A stretch of 64,000 nt of DNA from an archaeon UBA543 (GCA_002502135.1 DAPM01000011.1:7736-71735); one strand, 5' to 3'; shown: positions 21,433 to 30,956, counted from the first letter of the stretch. Numbers and translations: made by a program. Notes: generated by a model not told the origin, from the letters alone.

Positions 21433-21561
21433 ACCATAATCCTTAAATACTCATTTTTAACCAGTATTGGTGCTATTAAGCCCGGTACGAGGGTTACCCA
21501 GCGGAGTTCGACCTTGTCATGCTGTGAACCTGGGAGTTTGTGCCGGTCTTGTGGCGATTCC

Positions 21562-21840
21562 ATGAGAATAACAGTCATTGCCAAGCCAAACTCAAAACAG
21601 CATAAAATCGAAGTGCTCGGCGATCACCAACTCAAGGTTTGGATAAAGTCCAAGCCAATTAATGGAAAAGCAAACACGGAAATCACACAGTTCCTGAAAA
21701 AAACAATAAAAAAACATTCAGGGGCGATTCCAAAAATCGACATCATAAGGGGTAAAACCTCAACAACAAAAGTTGTTGAAACTGAAACCCCGTGGTTACA
21801 GATCACAGCAGCTGTAAACGCTGCTAATAAATCTCAATAG
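21562..21840 (+). CDS. DUF167 (YggU-like) protein
   Basis: I prefer the ATG at 21562 (MRITVIAKPNSKQ...GKANTE). The track start at 21514 adds a GC-rich segment that I interpret as non-coding. Confidence 0.7.
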   Translation: MRITVIAKPNSKQHKIEVLGDHQLKVWIKSKPINGKANTEITQFLKKTIKKHSGAIPKIDIIRGKTSTTKVVETETPWLQITAAVNAANKSQ

Positions 21841-21920
21841 AGAAAAATCACAAGCATACACACACAGCTGAATAATGCTAGATGGATGTCGACTTTTGTA
21901 AAATTTCCCAGGAGGATACA

Positions 21921-23315
21921 ATGGGTAAAATAGGCGTTTCAGCCACTAAATATATCGTTAAAGCAAAAATTGAAACTACAGGAGTAGTAGAAAAACCGGA
22001 TGTTATCGGCGCTATTTTCGGCCAGACCGAAGGTCTTCTCGGACGTGAACTAGAACTCAGAGAACTTCAGAAAGGCGGAAGAATCGGAAGAATCGAGGTT
22101 AAAGTCTCTTCTTCAAATGGTAAAGGCTCCGGAACAATCGAAATTCCAACTTCTTTAAGCAAAGAGGATACTGCACTTATTGCAGCAGCACTGGAAACAA
22201 TTGAAAGAATTGGTCCATGCGACTCTAAAATAACAATTGAAGCAATCGAAGATGTGAGAACTGCAAAACGTGACTATGTTGTAGACCGCGCTAAAGCACT
22301 ACTCGCATCACTTGGACAAGACACACCAGGCTCCACAGAGCTCAGTGACAAAGTCAAAGTCCAGATCAGAACAGGTGAGCTAAAAGAATACGGCCCTGCA
22401 AAACTTGCTGGCGGTCCTGATCTTGAAAAAGTTAAAGACATAATTCTGGTTGAAGGCCGAGCTGATGTAATAAACCTTCTAAGATCCAACATCACAAACA
22501 CCCTAAGTGTAGGCGGAACTAATATCCACCCATCAATCAAGGACTTGTGTGCTGGAAAAGAGGTTACAGTATTCCTTGACGGAGATCGAGGAGGCGACTT
22601 AATTTTGAAGAGCCTTATGCAGTTTGTCAAAGTGGAATATGTTGCAAAAGCAGCTTCCGGAATGGAAGTTGAAGAGCTTTCACAAAAAGACATAATCAAG
22701 GCACTCAGAAGCAAGATCACAATCGAATCTGCAATGAGGCACCAGGGGACATCTTCAAGACCAACTCCTCGTTATGAACGCAAAACTTATGATCGAAGAC
22801 CTGCACCCCGCAGAACTTCAGACAGAGACAGGAGTTCCCGCGACAGGCCAATGGCTAGGGGTCCAATGACTCCTCGTGAACTACTTGATCCTAAAGTCGA
22901 GTTCAAGCCAAGCTACAAGAGTCTTGGAAAAATCGCAGTTGGAATGGCTGGCACTGGAAATGCTTGCTTGCTCAAACAATCTGGAGCAAATTACAGAGAA
23001 ATCGGCAAAGTTCCAAAGTCAGAGCTTTCAAGTGTGCTGAAGAACCTACAACAGGGTGCTGCACACGCTTTAATTCTGGACTCTTCTGTAGACCAAGCCA
23101 TTATAAATTTGGCAGGAACCAAAGGCATAAAGTGCATTTTGGGTCACTCAAAGCCGTTCAAAATCAAGAGAACACCAGGATTGACAGTTCTAAGCACCAG
23201 GGATATAGTCTCAAAAACTTCCTCTCCTGCTGCAGCAAGAACCACATCAGCAATCCCACCAGCACCGAAACCTATAATTAGGAAAGTGTCTGCAAAGAAG
23301 GCGGTGAAAAAATAA
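21921..23315 (+). CDS. dnaG: archaeal DnaG primase-like protein (TOPRIM)
   Basis: ATG at 21921 (MGKIGVSATKYIVKAKIE). The strings IFGQTEGLLG and the TOPRIM motif LVEGRADV...DGDRGGD are present. It has a basic, Pro-rich C-terminal extension. Confidence 0.85.
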   Translation: MGKIGVSATKYIVKAKIETTGVVEKPDVIGAIFGQTEGLLGRELELRELQKGGRIGRIEVKVSSSNGKGSGTIEIPTSLSKEDTALIAAALETIERIGPCDSKITIEAIEDVRTAKRDYVVDRAKALLASLGQDTPGSTELSDKVKVQIRTGELKEYGPAKLAGGPDLEKVKDIILVEGRADVINLLRSNITNTLSVGGTNIHPSIKDLCAGKEVTVFLDGDRGGDLILKSLMQFVKVEYVAKAASGMEVEELSQKDIIKALRSKITIESAMRHQGTSSRPTPRYERKTYDRRPAPRRTSDRDRSSRDRPMARGPMTPRELLDPKVEFKPSYKSLGKIAVGMAGTGNACLLKQSGANYREIGKVPKSELSSVLKNLQQGAAHALILDSSVDQAIINLAGTKGIKCILGHSKPFKIKRTPGLTVLSTRDIVSKTSSPAAARTTSAIPPAPKPIIRKVSAKKAVKK

Positions 23316-23665
23316 TGTTTCCAGGAATGAACCTAAACCCAAAGAAAATGCAGAAGATGATGCAGCAGCTCGGAATGAGCATGGACGAGATAGACGCCTC
23401 TGAAGTGATTATTAAGAAAACTGACGGAACTGAAATTCGAATTTCAAATCCTGAAGTTTCTAAAATGATTGTTCAGGGCAAGGAAATGTATCAGATTGCC
23501 GGCGGTTCTGAAGGATCTGCAGAATCTGAAAGTGTTGAAGTCAGTGAAGCAGATGTTGAAATGGTTACCACTCAAACTGGCGCCACTCCTGATGCTGCAA
23601 AAACTGCATTGGAATCCTCTGGCGGAGATCTTGCCAAGGCAATTCTAGACTTGCAGGAAGAGTAA
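23315..23665 (+). CDS. nac: nascent polypeptide-associated complex protein (NAC plus UBA)
   Basis: 116 aa with N-terminus NPKKMQKMMQQLGM, a NAC beta-barrel segment and a C-terminal UBA-like TALESSGGDLAKAI. Confidence 0.88.
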   Translation: MFPGMNLNPKKMQKMMQQLGMSMDEIDASEVIIKKTDGTEIRISNPEVSKMIVQGKEMYQIAGGSEGSAESESVEVSEADVEMVTTQTGATPDAAKTALESSGGDLAKAILDLQEE

Positions 23666-24058
23666 TCACAATTTGTACGACTCTGCATTCCACATTGGAT
23701 GCAGACTATTCTTTTCAATTGGTTCCAGCTCGAGCTTTTTCAAAAGATTAACACTCTCTTGTTTCTGATCTTTAAGCTGTTTCAGAGCTTTCTCTCTTTT
23801 CCCTATCAAACTATTCATTGCTTTTGTTGGAGTTACTCCACAGTACTCCCGCGGACTAGTGTATTTGTAAGATACCAGTCTTTTATCTTCCAAGCTCTTC
23901 ATAACCTGATAGATCTTTGTCTGTCGGATTCCTCCGTAAGTGCAGATGTCTTTTGCAGTTGCTTCTCCTTTACAGAAGAGCACAATCATGACCCGCGCTT
24001 GATATTCTGTTAATCCAAGTTGTTTGAGATATGTTGTCATTTGCTTCATTTGTTTCAC
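23666..24058 (-). CDS. TrmB-family winged-helix transcriptional regulator
   Basis: 130 aa with the strings LGLTEYQARVMIVL and KDIC...GIRQTKIYQVMKSLEDKRLV. Confidence 0.75.
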   Translation of the reverse strand: MKQMKQMTTYLKQLGLTEYQARVMIVLFCKGEATAKDICTYGGIRQTKIYQVMKSLEDKRLVSYKYTSPREYCGVTPTKAMNSLIGKREKALKQLKDQKQESVNLLKKLELEPIEKNSLHPMWNAESYKL

Positions 24059-24296
24059 CAGCTCCTAGTTCTTGCGGGAAATTACTTATTGCTTCAGCGG
24101 GAAAAAGATTTTCAAAAACAGTTCTCTTCTTACTGGTTTTAAGCGGGAAAATCATTTTTCAAATTCGCGAGTTATTTCTTATATATAAGCTTTACTAATC
24201 AAAACCAACAGCAAGCGTATAGATATGCTTATATACTGCCTACAGTCTACTGGTTTTTGTAATTATTTTAATATGTCCAATGGAGGTGGATGAAAA

Positions 24297-24605
24297 ATGG
24301 CAAAAAAGAAAAGATCACGCACAAAAAAGACCTATGTTTTGAGGAACAAGAGCAAGGATACTGAGAAAGTTTTCACAGGCTCAGCCCCAAGACAGGCAGC
24401 TCTAAAGGCAGCTACCCGAAACATTACAGACATCAGATTGAGGCAGCGAGGCCGAAGGAACGCAGACAAGACATACTCTGTCCATGTATTCAAGGGCTCC
24501 CGAAAGAAGGTCAAGTCTCCGGCCAACAGACCAAGCTGGCTTCCTGCAATGGTATGGAAACCTGTGGTCAAGAAGGTCAGAGTCGAGCGCCTTAACAAAT
24601 TGTAA
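24297..24605 (+). CDS. chromosomal protein MC1
   Basis: 102 aa. The strings VFTGSAPRQAALKAATR, IRLRQRG, VHVFKG, NRPSWLP and KPVVKK match the MC1 sequence as I remember it from Methanosarcina. Confidence 0.85.
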   Translation: MAKKKRSRTKKTYVLRNKSKDTEKVFTGSAPRQAALKAATRNITDIRLRQRGRRNADKTYSVHVFKGSRKKVKSPANRPSWLPAMVWKPVVKKVRVERLNKL

Positions 24606-24636
24606 AGCTCAATTTGAGCTAAACACAATCAAAAAC

Positions 24637-24676
24637 GGGTGTAACTTAAAACCTGCACCCGAATTTTATTTTTTTA
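24637..24676. terminator. hairpin plus oligo-T tract between convergent genes
   Basis: The sequence is gggtg-(14 nt)-caccc followed by gaattttattttttt. A second perfect hairpin, agctca-att-tgagct, lies at 24606-24620 immediately after the MC1 stop. Confidence 0.4.
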
Positions 24677-25237
24677 CAAAATTAACAGCTTAGGGCCTAG
24701 CCACATTATTATAAAGTAATTAACAGGAATATGCACAACTGCAAACCTAATAGATCCAATCCAACTATGTCCTGTCAACGCATAGAAAACTCCAGTAAAA
24801 ATATCATAAAGAACAGTTAACACAAGCACACAAATCCCCAAGCCAAATGAATTATACAAAACAGGAGTCAGGACACCCATTCCAACAAATCCCAAACCCA
24901 TCACAATAACATCCTGTGGCCTTTCAATTGTGTAAAATCCTGATAACGCCGATGCAGAAACGCCAACTAAAGCTCCAACAACTGGTCCATGCAGAACTGC
25001 AGAAACAATAGTAACTAGTGAAACCAGCTCAACACCAATTGAAACAGGCGCCATTCTCTGCGGAAGTCTGGAAATTGCGCCTATCAATATAAACCCGAAC
25101 AAAATCAGCACAGTTTTCAAGCTAATTTTCAAAAACAATATCCCATACAGCAAAATCAACAAAACTCCAGCAGAAACTGCAATATACTTGAATAAGTCTT
25201 TCGGAATCTGTGCTTTAATCAAGTTGGATTTAGTCAT
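24674..25237 (-). CDS. polytopic membrane protein, family member 3
   Basis: I prefer the ATG at 25237 (MTKSNLIK...) because the track N-terminus (to 25297) reads through the tRNA-Met gene. Shared family motifs are SRLPQ...IGVELVS and TIERPQD. Confidence 0.55.
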   Translation of the reverse strand: MTKSNLIKAQIPKDLFKYIAVSAGVLLILLYGILFLKISLKTVLILFGFILIGAISRLPQRMAPVSIGVELVSLVTIVSAVLHGPVVGALVGVSASALSGFYTIERPQDVIVMGLGFVGMGVLTPVLYNSFGLGICVLVLTVLYDIFTGVFYALTGHSWIGSIRFAVVHIPVNYFIIMWLGPKLLIL

Positions 25238-25240
25238 AAA

Positions 25241-25318
25241 TGGTAGCGGGGGGTGGACTTGAACCACCGACCTCCGGGTTATGAGCCCGACGGGCACTCC
25301 AGGCTGCCCTACCCCGCT
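25241..25318 (-). tRNA. tRNA-Met, initiator type (anticodon CAT), CCA encoded
   Basis: Minus strand reads AGCGGGG TA GGGC..GCCC GTCGGGCTCATAACCCGGAGGTC GGTGG TTCAAGT CCACC CCCCGCT A CCA. It has an A1:U72 pair and three G:C pairs closing the anticodon stem, as in archaeal initiator tRNAs. Confidence 0.85.
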
Positions 25319-25361
25319 ATAACGATTTTCTGAAGCCGTGGCTATTTAAGCTTTATTGCGC

Positions 25362-26984
25362 TTACTCTATCTCCAATTTCTCCATAATCTTGTCAAGCTT
25401 ATCATCCATCTCATCCAACCTGTCGTCAATATCACTTTCGACTACTGGCTGTTTGCTGGCGTCTCCTGGCTCCTCTAAAGGAGGACTACTGACTGACGGA
25501 ATTTCTTCCACTCCATCAAACATCCTTGCAACAAGAGCAGAATGAGCTGAATTCAAGTTCTCATAATCAGAAGTCTTCACAACATAAGCTCTTTCCTCTT
25601 CTCCTAGTAGATTAACTCCAGCAAGCGCCATTATCCTCTGGCCGCTTCCTGAACCACTCACAATAGATGAAAGTGCGTATAAATTGCCATTATCTTGATA
25701 AATCTGAACCTGTTGCGGTATCCAACCTTCAAAATTCTGTACTTCAGCTCGTGCAAACCGTAAAATCTTATTAACACCAGGCAGATTCTTCTCCAACTTG
25801 TCAAATTTCAGCATTGTAATCTCGCCTGCATTACTGTGCTCAGCACCAATCAGAAGAATTGCTGCAACTCTGGCTCCTGAAATTTCTCCGCCAATTGGCT
25901 CGTAAACAGTAACCCAGTAAAGTTTGTCAGAATAAACAGTGAGGAATGGGTATTTCTGCCACCATCCAGCTCCTGCTTGCAGTTGTCCACCTGGAATCTC
26001 ATACAAGGACTCACCATCTCCAGATCGTCCAGTAACCTGCTTTGCCCACCAGCCGAACCTATTAGAACCGTAAATACTGGCCTGCAGTAGAGCCAAACTC
26101 TCTGGATAAACTCTCATATTGCTCTTTCCCAAAAATCCTGCAAGTTCGCCCATCTCATCTTCTCCATAATGCTTTATCTCATCACTCTCAGCACTCACCA
26201 ACGTAACACCTCTAAATTCTTTCTTGTAAGTAAATAGGAACCACTTGATAGCGACTCTTGGATATGCCCACCAATACTTTCCATCAGCATCAGTAGTAAT
26301 ATAACCGTCATCTACAAGCAACATTCTGTTCGCATACCAAGCCCGTCTCATTGAAAATTGTGTTAATAATTTAGCTTCAGAATATTTCAAGTCCTTTTCC
26401 ATAACAGTCGGACTACTCTCAATTTCTGCAGAAGTCTCAGCAATAGCTGGAGCACTCTTTGTAAGCTGATTTATCAGCCCGTGAGGCTCAATAACTGCCC
26501 GCCAAACCAGTTTTCCATCTTCATACAAAGGATCAGTATCCATCACATCAGCCCAGCCAAAACGGTTAGCCCTCAGTCGAATTTCCCCTGTATTGTGCGG
26601 AACTTTCCTGATAACGTCAGTCTGGAAAAGGTCAACTTCTCCAATATTCGCAAGAGTCACATCCTGGGCCGTGAAATCCTCACCATCTTCAATTCCATAT
26701 AGTCCATCAGACATTCCAACCCAAGCAAAATTCCATAGAACTCCACCCAGAATTATAAGTACAAAATAAATTCCTACTTTTTTAGAAAAACTAGTAAGCT
26801 GTAGAGGGATTTTCCCCTTGCCTTGCCACTGAAATGCATTAAAAAATAATAGTGCAATCGGAAGCACAAAAAAAACGTTCGTGTAAAGAACTTGAACATT
26901 TAGGCTCTTCCACCATGAAAAATAGGTGAAGAGTGCTATAACAATTATAATCTGCACATTTCGTACAATGGTTTTGCTTTCCAT
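25362..26984 (-). CDS. membrane-anchored extracytoplasmic protein, function unknown (possibly distant UPF0182/COG1615-like)
   Basis: 540 aa with 3 N-terminal TM helices, a large Trp/Tyr-rich domain and an acidic coiled C-terminus. The family assignment is only a guess. Confidence 0.45.
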   Translation of the reverse strand: MESKTIVRNVQIIIVIALFTYFSWWKSLNVQVLYTNVFFVLPIALLFFNAFQWQGKGKIPLQLTSFSKKVGIYFVLIILGGVLWNFAWVGMSDGLYGIEDGEDFTAQDVTLANIGEVDLFQTDVIRKVPHNTGEIRLRANRFGWADVMDTDPLYEDGKLVWRAVIEPHGLINQLTKSAPAIAETSAEIESSPTVMEKDLKYSEAKLLTQFSMRRAWYANRMLLVDDGYITTDADGKYWWAYPRVAIKWFLFTYKKEFRGVTLVSAESDEIKHYGEDEMGELAGFLGKSNMRVYPESLALLQASIYGSNRFGWWAKQVTGRSGDGESLYEIPGGQLQAGAGWWQKYPFLTVYSDKLYWVTVYEPIGGEISGARVAAILLIGAEHSNAGEITMLKFDKLEKNLPGVNKILRFARAEVQNFEGWIPQQVQIYQDNGNLYALSSIVSGSGSGQRIMALAGVNLLGEEERAYVVKTSDYENLNSAHSALVARMFDGVEEIPSVSSPPLEEPGDASKQPVVESDIDDRLDEMDDKLDKIMEKLEIE

Positions 26985-27058
26985 GCAGTTGGCTAATTAT
27001 TGAGGTGTTAAATAGTTTGTGGGATTGTTTTATAAGCCAAAAAATCCAATACTCCTCA

Positions 27059-27652
27059 ATGAACAATCAGCTCACCAAATGGGTCCAAATAATCCTACTC
27101 TTCCTGCTTCCAATCTTTTTAATCTATTTCAAAATACTCTCTTTTTCAATTCGACTTCTTGTAATGGCAATCGTTATCATAGTAATTATTACAATTCTAG
27201 TTCGCGAGAAAACCACATCCAAACAAATCGGATTCCGTACTGACAACATTCTAAAGGCTCTTCCTTTCTACAGCGCAGTGACAATCCTCAGCATTTTATC
27301 TATAACCATTCTGGCCAAACTCTTTGGAATGCAATTCATCACAAACTGGCGCGGTTACTACCACTTTTATGGAGTGTTCCTGCTTCTTGCCTTTGCAGAA
27401 GTGTTCCTTTATCTCGGTTTCCTGCTCCCACGCCTCAAAACCCTGCTGAAAAATCCCTGGACTGCAATTCTATTAACTTCTGCCATTTTCTCAATAATGC
27501 ACATAGTTTATCCAAACAACTTTTTCCTAATTCCAGCATTCTTATTTGGAATTATAATTTCCACAACCTACCACTTCAGGCCGAATCTTGTACTGGCAAC
27601 CCTAACACTCACAATAGCAAATTTCGCAGCAGTTCTATATGGATTTGTATAA
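27059..27652 (+). CDS. CPBP-family intramembrane metalloprotease (CAAX protease-like)
   Basis: ATG at 27059. It has a degenerate EExxxR-type motif (AEVFLYLGFLLPR) and the FxxxH motif FSIMHIV. Confidence 0.6.
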   Translation: MNNQLTKWVQIILLFLLPIFLIYFKILSFSIRLLVMAIVIIVIITILVREKTTSKQIGFRTDNILKALPFYSAVTILSILSITILAKLFGMQFITNWRGYYHFYGVFLLLAFAEVFLYLGFLLPRLKTLLKNPWTAILLTSAIFSIMHIVYPNNFFLIPAFLFGIIISTTYHFRPNLVLATLTLTIANFAAVLYGFV

Positions 27653-27653
27653 A

Positions 27654-27998
27654 TTAAGTTACTTCAGCCCCATTCTCAATATCTTTTTCAGGAGCTAACA
27701 GGATAACTTTACTCTCATCTCCAGTTTCAGCGCATAAAAGCATTCCTTCAGAAGTTTCTCCTCGTAATTTTGCAGGTTCTAAATTCACAAGTACAACTAT
27801 TTTCTTGTCCTTCAGCTCTTCCAAGCTGTAAAAATCAACAAGACTTGTAACTATCTGTATTGGTTTTTCCTTTCCAACATCTACTTGCATCTTGTAAAGC
27901 TTGTCTGAATCTGGAACACGCTCGACTTCTTTAATCTGGCCGACTCGCATTTCAAGTTTTTTGAAATCATTGTAAGTTATTTGTGTCATTTGTATCAC
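27654..27998 (-). CDS. tRNA-binding domain protein (Trbp111/CsaA/EMAP-like OB fold)
   Basis: 114 aa with the strings LEMRVGQIKEVERVPDSDKLYKMQVDVG and NLEPAKLRGETSEGMLL. Confidence 0.82.
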   Translation of the reverse strand: MIQMTQITYNDFKKLEMRVGQIKEVERVPDSDKLYKMQVDVGKEKPIQIVTSLVDFYSLEELKDKKIVVLVNLEPAKLRGETSEGMLLCAETGDESKVILLAPEKDIENGAEVT

Positions 27999-28083
27999 TT
28001 ATTTTTCATAAATACGCCTTACTATAAACTTTCCCCCTCTTTCCAAAAACTAAATAAACACCAATCCCCCACTTTTTAGTGGG

Positions 28084-28755
28084 ATGGCAAAACTTATTCT
28101 CGGTATTGACGAGGCTGGACGGGGTGCAGTAATAGGTCCGTTAGTGATCGCTGGAGCATTAATTGAAGATTCCAAAGCACTTGAACTTGTAAAACTAGGA
28201 GTAAAAGACTCAAAAAAACTCACTCCAAAACAGCGTGCCGACCTTTATCACAGAATCCGTTCAAAAATAAAATCTCACCGCATTGTCAAAATCTCACCAG
28301 AAGAAATCGACACCAACAAGCGTGCTGACGGCAACCTAAATGCACTGGAGCTTTCTCATATGGCTAAAATAATCAACGAACTTAAACCTGATGTTGTTTA
28401 TCTTGATTCAATTGAAGCAAACACCCTGAGTGTTGTTGCAAAACTTACCCCACAACTCAAAGTGGACTGCAAAATCATTGCAGAATGCGGTGCTGACGAC
28501 ACTTACCCAATAGTTTCAGCAGCTTCAATACTCGCTAAAGTAGACAGGGACGACGATGTAGCCTCGCTAAAGCACCTTTACGGTGACATTGGCTCAGGAT
28601 ATCCTTCAGATCCACGCACACAAACCTTTTTAAGCAACTGGCTTAATGACCATAATAGCTTTCCTAAGATAGTTAGGACAACGTGGGAAACTGCATCGAA
28701 TCTGGTCGGGAAAGCCAAACAAAAACAACTTGGAGATTATGTAAATGAAATTTAA
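28084..28755 (+). CDS. rnhB: ribonuclease HII
   Basis: 223 aa with the strings GIDEAGRGAVIGPLV, DSKKLT, ADD.YP and SAASILAKV. Confidence 0.9.
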   Translation: MAKLILGIDEAGRGAVIGPLVIAGALIEDSKALELVKLGVKDSKKLTPKQRADLYHRIRSKIKSHRIVKISPEEIDTNKRADGNLNALELSHMAKIINELKPDVVYLDSIEANTLSVVAKLTPQLKVDCKIIAECGADDTYPIVSAASILAKVDRDDDVASLKHLYGDIGSGYPSDPRTQTFLSNWLNDHNSFPKIVRTTWETASNLVGKAKQKQLGDYVNEI

Positions 28756-29068
28756 CTGGGACTTTGACTTGAAATGGACACCTGAGTTGAAATCAACTCT
28801 GGTGCACGCAGCAGTCGGCGCAATGGCCGGTATAGCTTCTTCTATGGTAACAAGCGGCAAATTAGCTTTAGCCATGTTACTCGTATTCTCATGGGCTACA
28901 GGCCAAGCAATCCAAAAATTCACAAAATGGCAGCCAAAAGTCAAACAAGCAGATGGTACTGAAAAACACCAGACCAAGTGGTGGCTCGGAAACGGCTTCT
29001 ACCCATTCCTGATATTCTGGCTGTTCTGCTGGGTTTTATTTTACGCACTCCAGCATCCTGTATTATAA
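28745..29068 (+). CDS. small membrane protein (about 3 TM helices), function unknown
   Basis: 107 aa. It overlaps the rnhB stop, and its own stop overlaps the aspS ATG. Confidence 0.45.
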   Translation: MKFNWDFDLKWTPELKSTLVHAAVGAMAGIASSMVTSGKLALAMLLVFSWATGQAIQKFTKWQPKVKQADGTEKHQTKWWLGNGFYPFLIFWLFCWVLFYALQHPVL

Positions 29069-30378
29069 TGACAGATTCCATTGCAAACTGGACTAAATCG
29101 CACTTCACTAATGAAATAGTCCCAACTCTAAATGGAAAAAAAGTAACACTAATGGGCTGGCTTAGAGATGTCAGACTGCACGGAAACCTTGCATTTTTAG
29201 TATTAGCAGACCGCGAAGGCGATGCACAAGTCACTGTTCTCAAGAAAAACTCTCCAAAAGCCTTCTCAAAACTAGCAGAAATCACTCGCGAGTCCGCAAT
29301 TGCAGTAAAAGGAACAGTAAAAAAGACAGACAAGACGCAGAGAGGCGTTGAAGTGATTCTGGATGACATTCTTCTGCTCAACAAGTCCAAAACACCACTA
29401 CCACTTGAGGTTAATGAGAAAGTTCCAGCAGAACTCGACACAAGATTAGACGCCAGAGTACTCGACCTCAGAAAACCACGAATCTCTGCAATTTTCAAAA
29501 TCCGAGCCCAAGTCCTGCAATCAGCAAGAGAATACTTAACAGAAAATAGCTTCAGAGAAATCGAAACCCCAAAAATGATTGCAAGCGCAACAGAAGGCGG
29601 CGCAGAACTTTTCCCAATTAACTATTTCAAAAAAGAAGCATTCCTAAGGCAAAGCCCGCAAATCTACAAGGAACTAATGACTTCTTGCTTTGAAAAAGTA
29701 TTTGAAATCGGCCAGGTTTTCCGCGCAGAACCATCTGACACAACCCAGCACTTAGCAGAAGTCACACAACTCGACATTGAAATGGGTTTTGCAGATGAAA
29801 CAGCAACCTGGACAGTTGCAGAAGGAATTCTAAAGCGAATTTACTCTGATGTTGCAAAGAACTGCGCAAAAGAATTGAAAGTTCTGGGAGTTACACTCAA
29901 ACAACCTAAGAAAATGGTTGTAAAAACCTACACAGAACTTCTGAAACAAATAGCAAGCAAAGGATTAAAACTAAAATGGGGAGAAGATATTCCTCCAGAA
30001 GGCGAAAGAATAATCAAAGAACTATATGACGCTCCTGTAATAATTTCTGAAATGCCAATGGAGCAGAAGCCATATTATATCCATCCACATGAAAAAGACA
30101 AGAAATTATCCTATGGATTTGACTTAATATTCGAAGGAATGGAATTAGCATCAGGAGGACGCAGAATCCACGATCCTGACATGTACATTGCTGGATTAAA
30201 ATCAAAAGGAATGAATCCTAAGGGCTTTGAATCAACAATTGAGTTTTACAAATACGGAATGCCGCCACACGCTGGCTGGGCTATTGGTGTTGACCGCCTT
30301 GTTATGGTCATGCTTGGCTTGAATAATGTGCGGGAAGCAGTTTTGTTCCCAAGAGATGCAAAGAGATTGACGCCTTAG
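29068..30378 (+). CDS. aspS: aspartyl-tRNA synthetase (archaeal type)
   Basis: ATG at 29068 (MTDSIANWTKSHF). It has an OB anticodon-binding domain and class II motifs FRAEPS, GGRRIH and GVDRL. Confidence 0.9.
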   Translation: MTDSIANWTKSHFTNEIVPTLNGKKVTLMGWLRDVRLHGNLAFLVLADREGDAQVTVLKKNSPKAFSKLAEITRESAIAVKGTVKKTDKTQRGVEVILDDILLLNKSKTPLPLEVNEKVPAELDTRLDARVLDLRKPRISAIFKIRAQVLQSAREYLTENSFREIETPKMIASATEGGAELFPINYFKKEAFLRQSPQIYKELMTSCFEKVFEIGQVFRAEPSDTTQHLAEVTQLDIEMGFADETATWTVAEGILKRIYSDVAKNCAKELKVLGVTLKQPKKMVVKTYTELLKQIASKGLKLKWGEDIPPEGERIIKELYDAPVIISEMPMEQKPYYIHPHEKDKKLSYGFDLIFEGMELASGGRRIHDPDMYIAGLKSKGMNPKGFESTIEFYKYGMPPHAGWAIGVDRLVMVMLGLNNVREAVLFPRDAKRLTP

Positions 30379-30388
30379 AGGTTTTCTA

Positions 30389-30901
30389 ATGCAATGCACT
30401 AAATACAATAAGAGTGAGAAATGGTCAGATCCTAATAGTAACTGTGTTATTGTTTTTGGTTTTAAGGATTTTGAATATAAAGGAGAGAAAAGAGATCGTG
30501 TTGAAGGAATAGTTACGTGTAATAAACAAGATATTGATAAGAAAAAAGGATTTATGGATCTTATTGATATTTTTGAAAGTGAAAATAAAGCTGAACTTCA
30601 TGAAGCTTTTGCCAGGTTTTCTAAAAAATACTGGGGGTGGATCCGACCAACACACACTGTGGACGAGCTCGAAGAGAAAGGTTTGTCTTTTCTTGAAGAA
30701 GTTTTAAAACTCCCAAACATTGCTTCTGCAAAAATTGTTGGTTCTCTAAAAAGCAAAAACACACACCCTTACAGTGATGTTGATATAAAACTTAGGCGTA
30801 TTTCCTGTCCTGGCAAAAGAAACTGTCTTGTCAATAAACTTCTAGCTGCTGGTAATTTCAATTTTGTTGACATCTACTGCTATCCTGAAAAGAAAAAGTA
30901 A
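30389..30901 (+). CDS. hypothetical protein with C-terminal minimal nucleotidyltransferase (Pol-beta-like) motif
   Basis: 170 aa and AT-rich. The pattern VGSLKSKNTHPYSDVDIKL fits hG[GS]-x(9-13)-DhD, with a later FVDIY. Confidence 0.45.
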   Translation: MQCTKYNKSEKWSDPNSNCVIVFGFKDFEYKGEKRDRVEGIVTCNKQDIDKKKGFMDLIDIFESENKAELHEAFARFSKKYWGWIRPTHTVDELEEKGLSFLEEVLKLPNIASAKIVGSLKSKNTHPYSDVDIKLRRISCPGKRNCLVNKLLAAGNFNFVDIYCYPEKKK

Positions 30902-30956
30902 TTCCTAATTTTTGACACAACTCTTAAATACACAAGCCCCCATAATATTTCTCGCA

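Noticed and set aside
21514-21561. Cys-rich N-terminal extension (MSCCEPGSLCRSCGDS) of the DUF167 ORF as a zinc knuckle
   Set aside because: It is encoded by the GC-rich hairpin segment. DUF167 proteins, as I recall, start near the MRITV... equivalent. I treat it as non-coding but list it as a low-interest finding.
25238-25297. 20-codon N-terminal extension of ORF 24674-25297
   Set aside because: It reads straight through the tRNA-Met gene (MPVGLITRRSVVQVHPPLPF is the tRNA translated). An internal ATG at 25237 gives a sensible membrane-protein start.
28978-29067. N-terminal extension of the aspS ORF
   Set aside because: It overlaps the upstream membrane ORF in another frame. The ATG at 29068 overlaps that ORF's stop and gives a standard AspRS N-terminus.
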